From IMG/VR virus record IMGVR_UViG_3300020045_006418, positions 1 through 53,901 of that record: a DNA stretch of 53,901 nucleotides, one strand, 5' to 3'. Positions 29,431 to 39,206 of the stretch are shown here, piece after piece; position 1 is the first letter of the stretch, and each line of letters begins with the position of its first letter. The stretch comes from a virus. Taxonomy: Duplodnaviria; Caudoviricetes. The notes beneath the pieces were generated by a model. That model saw nothing but the letters and a program-made list of their open reading frames with translations. It searched no databases and was not told where the DNA came from. The position numbers were made by a program, and so were the translations under genes.

Positions 29431-30932
29431 AATTAATATTGGGGAATGTAAGTAGCAGGGCTGTCTTTGGAGGAAAAGACAACCTATTGGATTTTGATCC
29501 CATGAAGGAACTTACTGAGTTTCTTAGGATCAAAGCGGATGGTTACGAACATTCACCACTTTATAAAGAGGGGAAATGGGACGGGTACCGATATTTTATA
29601 ACGAAGGATGGTAGGTTTGCGACAGGATACCTTGTGGGGGTAGGTAAGTTTTTAGAGGATCTGGGAGTAAGTATTGAGATTGACGATCAGAGAGGGGAGT
29701 TGCCAAAATTACGCGAAGATCTGGACGGATTTATTGGAATGATAAAAAACTCAAAAGGAATTCCGGAATTATGGGAAGCCTCAGAAGCTAATAACAGGCT
29801 GTATCAATTGGATATGGCTGCAAAGATTAATAAATACATAACAGTAGGAGGACAAGAGATTTATTTTCCAAGAGGGATATTTGATGCGGCTACTAATGCA
29901 GGTAAAAACTCGTTAGTAGCCCTTATTAATAATAATCTGGATAGAAAATATGAAACGATATTTATGGTCTCTGACCAGACTATCTATAAACAGGCAGTTG
30001 ATTTTTTCAGTGATGTTATAGGGGAACCGGTAGGACAGGTAAAATCAGGAAAATTTGCTCCAAAAAAATTTACGGTCTGTATGGTTAAAACTCTTTATAA
30101 CATGGCTAAAAAGAGCGTAAATGTTAAAAAGTGGCTGGATTCGATAGAAGTCCTTTATGTGGATGAGAGCGATGAGTCGGGGGCCAAACAGTATAGTAAA
30201 GTTTTGTCTTTGACAAATGCGGGAATGAGGGTTTTTGTTTCCGGAACTCCATTAGATAGCAAGAGGGTTAATAATATGATTTCTCTGGGATTGTCCGGAC
30301 AGGTTTTGGCTAAGATCACAAATAAGTATTTGATGGATGAAGGCCACAGCCAGAGATTGAAAGTAAAAATACTTTTGAACAGTACAAATGCCGGATATTT
30401 TTTAAGTTACGGAGAGGAGATGGAAAAACTGATTTATCAATCAAAAGAGAGAATCAGACTGATCTATGAAGTACTGGAGAAGCATGAGGGAGAACCTACC
30501 CTGATAACATTCATAGATAAATATCACGGATATTTTATGTATCACCACTTAAAGTATTTACTGCCTGACAGGGTTATTGAAATAGTCCACGGTACCAGCA
30601 AAGACAGAGAGAAGATAATATCAGATTTCAAAGCCGGAGAGATTGACGTGTTATTGGCTTCTACCATTTTGGAAAGAGGTGCAAACATTCCGGTTATAAG
30701 AGTTGGGATCAGGGCGGCAGGTGGAAAATCAGTAACCAAAAGTAAACAGATAGCTGGAAGGTTTACTAGACATGATGGTGTGAACGATGAGGTATTGATG
30801 TACGATTTTTATGATGTGGGTAAATACTTAGCAAAGCACAGCCGAGACAGGATTAGAACTTATAAAAAAGAGGAGTTTGACGTTGAATACATGTTCGAGG
30901 AAAAAAGAGGACAACCTGTAAATTTTAGGTAA
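29427..30932 (+). CDS. superfamily 2 helicase (UvsW-like)
   Basis: WDG, ATNAGKN (I), YVDESD (II), SGTP (III), ERGANIP (V), QIAGRFTR (VI). Confidence 0.85.
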   Translation: MKLILGNVSSRAVFGGKDNLLDFDPMKELTEFLRIKADGYEHSPLYKEGKWDGYRYFITKDGRFATGYLVGVGKFLEDLGVSIEIDDQRGELPKLREDLDGFIGMIKNSKGIPELWEASEANNRLYQLDMAAKINKYITVGGQEIYFPRGIFDAATNAGKNSLVALINNNLDRKYETIFMVSDQTIYKQAVDFFSDVIGEPVGQVKSGKFAPKKFTVCMVKTLYNMAKKSVNVKKWLDSIEVLYVDESDESGAKQYSKVLSLTNAGMRVFVSGTPLDSKRVNNMISLGLSGQVLAKITNKYLMDEGHSQRLKVKILLNSTNAGYFLSYGEEMEKLIYQSKERIRLIYEVLEKHEGEPTLITFIDKYHGYFMYHHLKYLLPDRVIEIVHGTSKDREKIISDFKAGEIDVLLASTILERGANIPVIRVGIRAAGGKSVTKSKQIAGRFTRHDGVNDEVLMYDFYDVGKYLAKHSRDRIRTYKKEEFDVEYMFEEKRGQPVNFR

Positions 30933-30937
30933 AAAAT

Positions 30938-30968
30938 TTGTTTATAACCAAATTTTAGACTACCTTTA
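30938..30968 (+). promoter_or_regulatory. promoter with palindromic operator
   Basis: TTGTTTATAACCAA 30938-30951; TACCTTTA 30961-30968. Confidence 0.6.
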
Positions 30969-30986
30969 TACTCAATAAAATGGGAT

Positions 30987-31247
30987 ATGAAAGTGAGTAC
31001 TATTAAAACGAAACAATTAAGGTTCAAGTACAATTTTCTTTTGGGAGAAAAGGTGAGTTTGTTGGATTGGGTTGAATCCAGAGAAAAGGCACTATTATTT
31101 GATCCGGATAATGAAGGATTGTTGAAACTGTTACAACAGGAGTTGAAAAGAGTTAGGGAGATTACAGCAGAGATGGTTTCTCTGGATGCTGAAATAAACA
31201 AAATTTTAATGTATGGAAAGAGAAACAAGAGCGGAAAAAACCACTAA
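30987..31247 (+). CDS. hypothetical protein
   Basis: 86 aa ORF after the promoter. Confidence 0.55.
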   Translation: MKVSTIKTKQLRFKYNFLLGEKVSLLDWVESREKALLFDPDNEGLLKLLQQELKRVREITAEMVSLDAEINKILMYGKRNKSGKNH

Positions 31248-31647
31248 CGTAGATTTAAGAATTCCAATAAATAAAGAGGCTATAATGAAAGAAGCTAAAG
31301 GATGTTTCGGAATGTTATGGGATCTAAGAACCTCAGAATGTTCAAAATGCGCAGACAGAGATGTGTGTGGTATATTGTTTAATGACAATGTAGTTAAGCC
31401 AACTACTGAAAAAATACAAGAGGAATCCGGATCTATATTTCTGGACTTAACTGATTTTGAAGAAGTGACTCCGGAGAAAATAATCAAATACGTAGTATCC
31501 GGAGAAACTACAACTCAGGATTTGATAGCGCATGTTGGGGCTTTGGCTCAAACATCGGACAGAAAGGCAGCAATTGAATTTTTGAAACGATTCATAACCT
31601 CAACACCTAATATTTACACTAAAGAAGGAATAGTATGGCTGAGATAG
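31213..31647 (+). CDS. hypothetical Cys-rich protein
   Basis: GCFG..ECSKCADRDVC; possible metal-binding site. Confidence 0.6.
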   Translation: MERETRAEKTTNVDLRIPINKEAIMKEAKGCFGMLWDLRTSECSKCADRDVCGILFNDNVVKPTTEKIQEESGSIFLDLTDFEEVTPEKIIKYVVSGETTTQDLIAHVGALAQTSDRKAAIEFLKRFITSTPNIYTKEGIVWLR

Positions 31648-34232
31648 TAAATAAAGACTGTACCGAATGCAAATTACACAAAGGGTGTAATTCGGTTTGT
31701 GTAGAAGGTGCCGGAAGTTTTGAAGGGAGTTTGATGATTATAAAAAGTAATCCGAGCGGGAACGAAGATTTAAAAGGTAATTATGCCGATGAGAAATTAT
31801 TGGAGCAATTACTTTTTGATGTTGTTGGAGCGAAAAAAGGAGACATTTATAAAACTTATACTACTCGATGCCATGTTGTTGGGAGCATTAGTAAAAGGGA
31901 GCTTTTGGCTTGTAGACCTTATTTGGAAGAAGAAATAAGAAGAATACAGCCAAAAGCTATTTTATGTATCGGGGAGGCGGCATTGAAACATTTAACCACA
32001 GGTACATTAGCTAAAAAAAGAGGAGCAGTTGAAGTTTTAAATATTGCCGGAATGGATATTCCAATGGTATGTACGTATGACAGTAAGTTTGTGGATGCCA
32101 ATATGAAATATTTAACCGTTTGGGCAAAAGACGTACTCAGAGCTTACAATCTATCAAAAGGGATTGTATCGAGCAATAGCCCTACTGCTATGGTTTACTG
32201 CGATGATTTTGATAAAATCAGACAGGCTGTAGCATATATAAAAGAAGTAGGGTTGGCAGTATTCGATTTTGAGACAGTTAAAATCGATGAGGATAAAGGG
32301 ACATTCCATGAAGATTTTTATGCTACTGCATTGTCTTTCACTTTTCAGGCCGGAAGCGGTTATGTTATTCCTTTGGATCATAAAAATAGTCCATTTACAA
32401 AGGAGGAAGTAAAAGAGATCATGTACTATTTACAAATGCAGGTTTTTGAGAACAAAATAATCCGAAAAGTTGCCCACAACTTAAATTTTGATGCTCACGT
32501 ATTGAGAGTTTATGGCGTTAGATTGAGAGGTAGAATTGACGATACAATGTTAATGCACCATTTGTGGGATGAAACAAAAAAACATGGTTTAAAGGAAATT
32601 GTAGAGGATTTTATGCCTCAGTATGCCGGATACGACGATGAGTTGAAAGGATTCAACTGGGCAGATATTCCACTGCCTATTCTTTGTCAATATGCAGCAA
32701 CGGATACCGATTTTACTTATAGAATACTGGTATTACTTGAAAGTTATCTGCAGGAAGATCCTAGATTGTATAAAATTTATAGAAACTTAACAATGCCTGC
32801 TTTTAGGGCATTATGGGAAGCTGAGGTTAAAGGGATGTTGATAGATACACAATTTTTATCTTCTGCCATTAGAGAGTTAGATACTTTAATACAGAGACAG
32901 AAAGCGAGATTGAGAGGAAATAAAGTTGTAAAAAGATTCGAAGATCATAATCGTGAGGAAGCTACAGCATTAGCAATTGAAGAGTACACAAATAAACTAC
33001 AGAAGTGGAGAGAAACCCACAAAAACAAAACTGCTACAGAGACCAAAATGGAAGCTAAACTGGCAGGGTTGAAATCCGGAACTGAAATTGCTTATAAAGG
33101 AATAAATTTTGGAAGCCCTGCACAAATGTCCAATCTTTTGTATGAGAGTAAAGCAGGTTTTAGATTTTCGTCATTGGAAACCGGAACTGGTAAGGATATT
33201 ATAAAAGAGCTTCCGGATACTAGTGGGTTTGTGGAGGGACTTTTGAGTCTTAGATCGTTAGAAAAAACACAGTCTACTTATTTGGAGGGAATATATAAAA
33301 GGCTGGATAAAAATAATAGAATCCATACTACTTTTAAAATAGCAGGAACTACATCTGGAAGGTTATCTTCTGCAAATCCAAATTTGCAGAATGTACCAAA
33401 CGTTGCAAAGCTGAGAGATGAAACGCTTATACACGCTGTAGGATTGATTAAAAAGTGTTTTATAGTTCCAGAAGGGCACACGATGTTTCAATACGATTAT
33501 GCACAGGCAGAGCTTCGTATTATTGCAGATTTTGCCAATGAGACTGCTATGTTGGAGGTATATAAAAATAATGGAGATATTCACTCCAAAACCGGATCTG
33601 AGATGTTAGGAGTAGCTTTGGCAGATTTTGATCCCAAAAACATTGCAGAACACAAAGGAGCGAGATCGAGAGCAAAAGCGGTTAATTTCGGTTTGATTTA
33701 TGATATGAGTGCTTCCGGATTTAAGGATTATGCAAAAAATGAATATGGACTTATTTTGACAATGCAGGAAGCAGAAGCTACCAAAGATCTATTTTTCAAT
33801 ACATATCCGAAATTGCTTCATTATCATGAAGATTACAAAGACAAAGCCAGAAAATTTGGATGGGTGAGAACGTTGTATGGAAGAAAAAGAAGAACTCCTG
33901 ATATAAATGGAGATGATAATTTTAAGGCGAGTTTGGACGAGAGGGTAGCTATTAATAGTCCGGTTCAGGGAACAGCTGGAGAATTTACAGTTTTTGCGGT
34001 TGCACTGTTGAGAAATAGATTAGATCCAAGAGTGCATTTGGTAAATACGATCCACGATAGTATTATTTTCTACATACCAGACGATTTAATTGAAAGTGCT
34101 GGAGCAGTGATTAAGGATACTATGGAGAATCTACCTAACAGGCAGTATTTTGGGGTAGATTTGAAACATATAGGTATGTCAACAGATGCAGAAGCTTCGA
34201 AAGTTAGTTGGAAGGATTTACAGGAGGTATAA
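31635..34232 (+). CDS. polA: family A DNA polymerase with N-terminal family-4 UDG-like domain and 3'-5' exonuclease
   Basis: CTEC..RC..ACRPYLEEEI (UDG fold); FDFET, AHNLNFD, YAATD (exo); TTSGRLSS, DYAQAELR, RAKAVNFGLIY, NSPVQGTA, IHDS (pol). Confidence 0.95.
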   Translation: MAEIVNKDCTECKLHKGCNSVCVEGAGSFEGSLMIIKSNPSGNEDLKGNYADEKLLEQLLFDVVGAKKGDIYKTYTTRCHVVGSISKRELLACRPYLEEEIRRIQPKAILCIGEAALKHLTTGTLAKKRGAVEVLNIAGMDIPMVCTYDSKFVDANMKYLTVWAKDVLRAYNLSKGIVSSNSPTAMVYCDDFDKIRQAVAYIKEVGLAVFDFETVKIDEDKGTFHEDFYATALSFTFQAGSGYVIPLDHKNSPFTKEEVKEIMYYLQMQVFENKIIRKVAHNLNFDAHVLRVYGVRLRGRIDDTMLMHHLWDETKKHGLKEIVEDFMPQYAGYDDELKGFNWADIPLPILCQYAATDTDFTYRILVLLESYLQEDPRLYKIYRNLTMPAFRALWEAEVKGMLIDTQFLSSAIRELDTLIQRQKARLRGNKVVKRFEDHNREEATALAIEEYTNKLQKWRETHKNKTATETKMEAKLAGLKSGTEIAYKGINFGSPAQMSNLLYESKAGFRFSSLETGTGKDIIKELPDTSGFVEGLLSLRSLEKTQSTYLEGIYKRLDKNNRIHTTFKIAGTTSGRLSSANPNLQNVPNVAKLRDETLIHAVGLIKKCFIVPEGHTMFQYDYAQAELRIIADFANETAMLEVYKNNGDIHSKTGSEMLGVALADFDPKNIAEHKGARSRAKAVNFGLIYDMSASGFKDYAKNEYGLILTMQEAEATKDLFFNTYPKLLHYHEDYKDKARKFGWVRTLYGRKRRTPDINGDDNFKASLDERVAINSPVQGTAGEFTVFAVALLRNRLDPRVHLVNTIHDSIIFYIPDDLIESAGAVIKDTMENLPNRQYFGVDLKHIGMSTDAEASKVSWKDLQEV

Positions 34233-34254
34233 TGAAAATAAAAGCTAATAAATT

Positions 34255-34284
34255 TTGTTTTAAAGCAAAAAATTATTAGCTTTA
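34255..34284 (+). promoter_or_regulatory. promoter with degenerate operator inside a longer imperfect inverted repeat
   Basis: TTGTTTTAAAGCAA 34255-34268; TAGCTTTA 34277-34284; flanked by AAAGCTAATAA / TTATTAGCTTT. Confidence 0.55.
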
Positions 34285-34317
34285 CACTTTAAATAATAAC
34301 AATAAAAATCAAAAATT

Positions 34318-35313
34318 ATGGGACAAGAGGAAGGCGGTTTAGATATTAAGAAACTGCGAAACATGCAAAAAGACCTGAACAAAAAAGCAGGCGATGGAGA
34401 CGGTATTTATTTATTTGCTAACAAACTTCCTGAGGAATTGGATGTAAGGCTTTTGCCTCCTCCTGCAATTCTAAATGGTGCTTATTTCGTTGAGCAAGAG
34501 GTTTGGTGGATCAATGGTAAAATTTACCTTTCAAATTCTACAGAAGTTTTAGGAGGCGGAGTAGATGTTATTCAGGAAGAAGTAGATGCAGCGAGAGCTA
34601 CAAAAGATCCTGATTTGATTGCTTTGTTAGATAAAAAGAACGACAAAAAAGCTCCAGTAGTTAAAAAAGAGTTCAAATATCTAACTGCATTACTAGTGCT
34701 TAAATCAGAGTATGACGATGATGATGTTTTAATAAAATGTGATGTTGTCGATACTAAAGTTCTAGATTCAAAAATTAGTTTGATTAAAGCAATTAACAGT
34801 GTTGTAACTGCTAGACCTTTCCAGAACCAAACCAAGTATGGTTTGATGGACAGAGTAAAAGGATTCAACATTATTCTGGGAAAATCCGGAACAGGGCTAG
34901 ATACAAAATATGCGGCGATGGGATGGACTAATCCTATGGAAATGCCGGAAGAATATTACGACGAAAAGAAAATTCCAAACGTTTATGAAATTACCCAAAA
35001 AGCGGCAAAAAGCGACGAGTATCTTAGATCGGTTATCCGAAACTATTTGTACGGAGAGCCAATTCTCGAAGATGAAAAACAAAATGCGTCTGGAGCTTCT
35101 GATACTAAAGATGAAGCTAAAGCGGATAAACCAAAAGCAACTGCTCCAGTAACTAAAAGAGCAAGTTTAGCAAATGCTACGCCTGTATCTGATAATGACG
35201 AAGAGGAGGAAGAGGAAAAGCCTAAAACGGCACCAGTAACCGCTGCAAAATCTGCTACTAAAGGCAGAAGTTTACTAGAGGATGCTGAAAATGATCTAAG
35301 TAATATAGATTAG
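34318..35313 (+). CDS. single-stranded DNA-binding protein (gp32-like)
   Basis: VRLLPP, KGFNIILGKSGTGLDTKY and an acidic low-complexity tail; follows the polymerase. Confidence 0.7.
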   Translation: MGQEEGGLDIKKLRNMQKDLNKKAGDGDGIYLFANKLPEELDVRLLPPPAILNGAYFVEQEVWWINGKIYLSNSTEVLGGGVDVIQEEVDAARATKDPDLIALLDKKNDKKAPVVKKEFKYLTALLVLKSEYDDDDVLIKCDVVDTKVLDSKISLIKAINSVVTARPFQNQTKYGLMDRVKGFNIILGKSGTGLDTKYAAMGWTNPMEMPEEYYDEKKIPNVYEITQKAAKSDEYLRSVIRNYLYGEPILEDEKQNASGASDTKDEAKADKPKATAPVTKRASLANATPVSDNDEEEEEEKPKTAPVTAAKSATKGRSLLEDAENDLSNID

Positions 35314-35921
35314 TGGCAACTCCAAATAAAACTTTTACATTAATAGGTGAACTGACCGAGGACGGTCAGTTCATTTCTATAACGCACTGGAAACCTTTAA
35401 GAAGAATAATGAAGTTTTTGGTGGGGAAACAATTAGAAGTAAATGTAAAAGAGTTGAAGTATGTAAGGTCAGACGCACAGAATCGATGGCTTTGGGGTGT
35501 TGCCTACATTACGATTGTAGGTTGGTGGAAAGAAAGTTTCGGAGAAAAAATAGAAAAAGAAACTTTGCACTCTTACACCAAACAAATCATAATGGGAGGA
35601 AAGCAATATGATACTGTAGCGATACAGAAAGACGAATTTATGAACCTCATCGAAGAAGTTTTAAGCATAGAAAAATCTATTCCGGAAATAAAAGCATTAG
35701 TTGAGGCAAATCTAAAAAAATGGCTGGTTAATGTAAAAGTAGCTGAGGTAGCAGGATCTAGGGTAATACTGGACGTTGAAGAAAAGAGTACAAAAGATCT
35801 AAATACAAAAGAGTTTTGTGATCTTAAAGATTTACTGCAGGCACACTGGGCAGAAAAAGGGTGTGATATTCCGGATCCAAGAGAGAATAATATTTTAAGT
35901 GATTTTATCAAAGATGAGTAA
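35313..35921 (+). CDS. NinB-like recombination protein
   Basis: RSDAQNRWLWG and STKDLNTKEF...WAEKG..IPDP, with a central insertion. Confidence 0.65.
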   Translation: MATPNKTFTLIGELTEDGQFISITHWKPLRRIMKFLVGKQLEVNVKELKYVRSDAQNRWLWGVAYITIVGWWKESFGEKIEKETLHSYTKQIIMGGKQYDTVAIQKDEFMNLIEEVLSIEKSIPEIKALVEANLKKWLVNVKVAEVAGSRVILDVEEKSTKDLNTKEFCDLKDLLQAHWAEKGCDIPDPRENNILSDFIKDE

Positions 35922-36921
35922 AGAAAAACATTTAGCGGTTGTGTTATCAGATTGGCACATCCATTCGTATAAGAATTTCAATAACGGAAGTAGTCGTTTA
36001 GATAATTGTTTGAGAGTTCTGGAAGATGTTGGAAAGTTTTGTCATTCGAAGGAAATTAAAACTATTCTTTTTGTTGGAGATCTTTATGATACTCACCAAG
36101 CAATTTTTACCGAAGTGGTGAATAGAACGATTGAGGCGTTTTTGGATTTTGCCAAAAACTATCCAGATATTACGATTTATGCAATTAGTGGTAATCACGA
36201 TCAGGGAACTAAAAACATTCTGGGAAAAGAAGCTGTTACGGCTTTGTCTCATATTGAGTCGGTTATCCCAAATAATTTTGTTTTGATTGACAACAAAAGT
36301 GTAGGTATTGGTGATGGTATTGCTATACATGGAGTTCCTTACTATGAGTACAAGGAACATTTTCGTGTAAAGTTAGAGGAGAGATCAGTAGTGGCTGAAA
36401 CAATGTTTGATACTAAAAATATTTTATTGATTCACCAAACACCTGCAGGATTAGATAATGAAATGATTCCGGCAGATACGAATCCGGCAGATGAGCTTTA
36501 CAAGCCATTCGATTATACGTTTTGTGGCCATATCCATCTGCACAAAAGAATCACAGAGAATTTTTGTCTGGTTGGTAATCCAATTCACAGAGACGCTGCA
36601 GATACCGGAAAGGACAAAGGGTTTTTGGTAATGAATTTAGTAAAACCAGAAAAGGGATTTATATTCATTAAATTAATCGGATACCCAGAATTTATTTCTG
36701 CTTTTGATGATGAGGAGGTAGAGGATGCTGAGAATAACTATGTGGTGAGAAAGCCACGTTTAGATACATTAAAATTACAAGAGAATGCCAAAGTCGAGGA
36801 GTTTAACACTGATTTGTCTCCGGATGAGTTAATGACTAATTTCTGGAAAGAGGCAGATGGTAAAGATGAAGATCTACTTAGTGTAGGATTGGGGTTTTTA
36901 TCGTCAACTGAACTGTCATAA
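35914..36921 (+). CDS. SbcD/Mre11-like metallophosphoesterase nuclease
   Basis: SDWH, GDLYD, GNHD, IHQ, GHIH. Confidence 0.88.
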   Translation: MSKEKHLAVVLSDWHIHSYKNFNNGSSRLDNCLRVLEDVGKFCHSKEIKTILFVGDLYDTHQAIFTEVVNRTIEAFLDFAKNYPDITIYAISGNHDQGTKNILGKEAVTALSHIESVIPNNFVLIDNKSVGIGDGIAIHGVPYYEYKEHFRVKLEERSVVAETMFDTKNILLIHQTPAGLDNEMIPADTNPADELYKPFDYTFCGHIHLHKRITENFCLVGNPIHRDAADTGKDKGFLVMNLVKPEKGFIFIKLIGYPEFISAFDDEEVEDAENNYVVRKPRLDTLKLQENAKVEEFNTDLSPDELMTNFWKEADGKDEDLLSVGLGFLSSTELS

Positions 36922-36923
36922 TC

Positions 36924-37270
36924 AGTATAAATAAGAGGGCCTCTATACGTAACGGCAGGAGAAAGGATCGTTACATACTAAATTTGCTGGTCAATCAAAG
37001 TTAATCATTGACCAAAGTGGGAGGGTTTTATACAGGTTTCTTAACCCACTTAGACAAAATAGAAAGCGTTCAAACGAATGGGCGGGGACAAGCCTAAGGA
37101 GTAAGTGAACAAAACGGTTTTAATGCGCAAGCTTTTACGTTAATATAAAGCAAGCCCCCACGAACAGGGTTAGAGTCGAGTACCACTAATAGGTAATAAA
37201 TAGGGCTGAAAGCATTAAAGAGCGTAGGTGCACACTGGTAATGCAAGGGGTTCGAGTCCCTACTTTCAAC
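36924..37270 (+). ncRNA. candidate structured ncRNA with tRNA-like 3' domain
   Basis: No ORF; consecutive hairpins; GGGGTTCGAGTCCC T-loop; TGAAAG/CTTTCA acceptor-like stem. Confidence 0.55.
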
Positions 37271-37283
37271 AAAATCAGATATT

Positions 37284-39206
37284 ATGAGAGTAACAAATTA
37301 CACAAAAATAACATTAGAAGGATTTCAATCTGCAGGTAAACCCATATCGTTTCAATTGGATAATCTGGGATTGACTTTAATTAAAGGAGAAAATGGTGCT
37401 GGAAAGAGTACTGTTTTTAATGCAATTCCGTGGGTGGAGTTTGGTATTAATCCTAAAAAATCAGTAGCAACTTGGGAAGATTTAAGACCAGAAGGTTTTA
37501 GAGGAACCAGAGTAGTTATTGAAAGAAATGATGGCGAGTACGATTATATGATCGCTCGTCATTTGGCATTTAAAGGAACTACCAGAGGTTTAACCGGAGG
37601 TGACAAACTTATGATCTTTAAAAAGCCAATGAGTGAGCCTAAGTTCTTAGATTCGCATTTGGTCGGTTCTGCTCTTAATAAAGCAGAAATGCAGAAAATG
37701 ATTGTGGACCAAATAGGGATGGATAGTAAGACGTTTTCAAATTCAATTTTATTCGGCCAGAGAATGACGAGCTTTGTAGAAAGTGATGGAAAGGATAAAA
37801 GAGAATTGTTTGATGAGTTGTTTGATGTTGGTTTTGTAGATTCAGCTAAAGAAAAAGCAAAAGCCGAGGAGACTAAACTAAATACTGAAATTTCTAATCT
37901 TGAAACCAAATTGAATGGTTATGAGGATAAAAAAGAACTTTTGGAAGAAAAGCTGGAAGGTTACAGAACTCAGCTAAAAACTTTTGATGAGAATAAAAAG
38001 CAGCGAGTAAATACAGCCAAAAACAATCTAAAAGAGGCAGAGGATAAATTAAAAGCTGTAGAATCTGAAATTGTAACATACACAAAAGAAGTTGCGAAAT
38101 ATGATTTTAAAACCTTAGAAAAATTAGAGGCTGAGATTGAAACTATTAAAGCATCTGAGAAATTGGCAAAATCTACACTAGAAATAGATGAGACTGCCTT
38201 AAAGGATTTAACTACTGAGATTGAAAAATCGGTTAGAAAGCAAAAAGAGCTAGAAGTTCAATTGGAGCAAGTAAAAACAAATTGTCCTACTTGTGGGGAG
38301 AAGTTGAAAGCGGATAAAGTAGAGGGAGCTAAAAAAAGCATTAGGGAGCAGATACAGGCTGAGAAACTTATCCAAACAACACATGGAGCAAAGAAAACTG
38401 TAGCTGGGAACAAAGTGGCCGAATCTAAGAAAAAATATGATTCTATAGATAAGAATTTGAAAGTTAAGCAGGAGGAGGCAAGTAAATTTTCCGGAGATAA
38501 AACTAAATCTGCTACTGCACAAGCTAATTTGTCAAATAAAACAACTAGAAAAGAAGAACTTACTGCAGATATTTCGAAATTGAAAGAAACTCTGAAAACA
38601 GAGGAGGATGCTAAAAAACCAAAGTTGGATGTTGAAGGTGTGGGAAAAGAATTGCTGGATTTGAGTGATTCTATAGCTGGAGATGATGAACTTTTAGAAG
38701 TTAAAAAAACTAAATTGACCAAAGTAAAATGGTGGATTACAAAAGGTTTTGGGGCATCTGGATTAAAGGCTTTTGTTTTTAATGCAATGCTGGCACAACT
38801 AAATTCATTTTCGCATAAATACTCTGCGAGGTTAGGTTTCAGAGTAGAATTCTCTATAGATACAACGAAAGCAAGTAGACCATTCCAGACGCTTATTTAT
38901 AGCGGTGATAACGTTAGGGATTATCTGGATCTTTCCGGAGGACAAAAGCAACGTGTTGACGTTGTTATAGCCTTCGCAATGCACGATTTAATTAGTTTCA
39001 ACTCTAATATCAATATTTTGGTGATGGATGAGATTACAGAGGGATTAGATGGTGCTGGATTAGAGGCAGTGTATGATTTAATAAGAGAGAAATCTGAGGC
39101 TAAAGCTGTATATATAATAACGCACGAAACTATGATAGATTCTTATAATAGTAGGAGCGTTACTTTTGGACTAGATGAAGATAAAAATACTTATATTAAA
39201 TGGTAA
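37284..39206 (+). CDS. SbcC/Rad50-like ATPase
   Basis: GENGAGKST, Q-loop FGQ, coiled coils with CPTCG zinc hook, LSGGQ, VMDE, ITH. Confidence 0.92.
   Translation: MRVTNYTKITLEGFQSAGKPISFQLDNLGLTLIKGENGAGKSTVFNAIPWVEFGINPKKSVATWEDLRPEGFRGTRVVIERNDGEYDYMIARHLAFKGTTRGLTGGDKLMIFKKPMSEPKFLDSHLVGSALNKAEMQKMIVDQIGMDSKTFSNSILFGQRMTSFVESDGKDKRELFDELFDVGFVDSAKEKAKAEETKLNTEISNLETKLNGYEDKKELLEEKLEGYRTQLKTFDENKKQRVNTAKNNLKEAEDKLKAVESEIVTYTKEVAKYDFKTLEKLEAEIETIKASEKLAKSTLEIDETALKDLTTEIEKSVRKQKELEVQLEQVKTNCPTCGEKLKADKVEGAKKSIREQIQAEKLIQTTHGAKKTVAGNKVAESKKKYDSIDKNLKVKQEEASKFSGDKTKSATAQANLSNKTTRKEELTADISKLKETLKTEEDAKKPKLDVEGVGKELLDLSDSIAGDDELLEVKKTKLTKVKWWITKGFGASGLKAFVFNAMLAQLNSFSHKYSARLGFRVEFSIDTTKASRPFQTLIYSGDNVRDYLDLSGGQKQRVDVVIAFAMHDLISFNSNINILVMDEITEGLDGAGLEAVYDLIREKSEAKAVYIITHETMIDSYNSRSVTFGLDEDKNTYIKW

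Noticed and set aside
37206-37271. Canonical tRNA gene
   Set aside because: A T-loop and an acceptor-like stem are present, but there are no separate D and anticodon arms and no CCA, so it is reported only as a tRNA-like domain
36922-37283. tmRNA or self-splicing intron
   Set aside because: No tmRNA 5' GGGG..GAC end, alanine-type acceptor or tag ORF is recognisable. Both flanking genes look complete, so nothing needs to be spliced.
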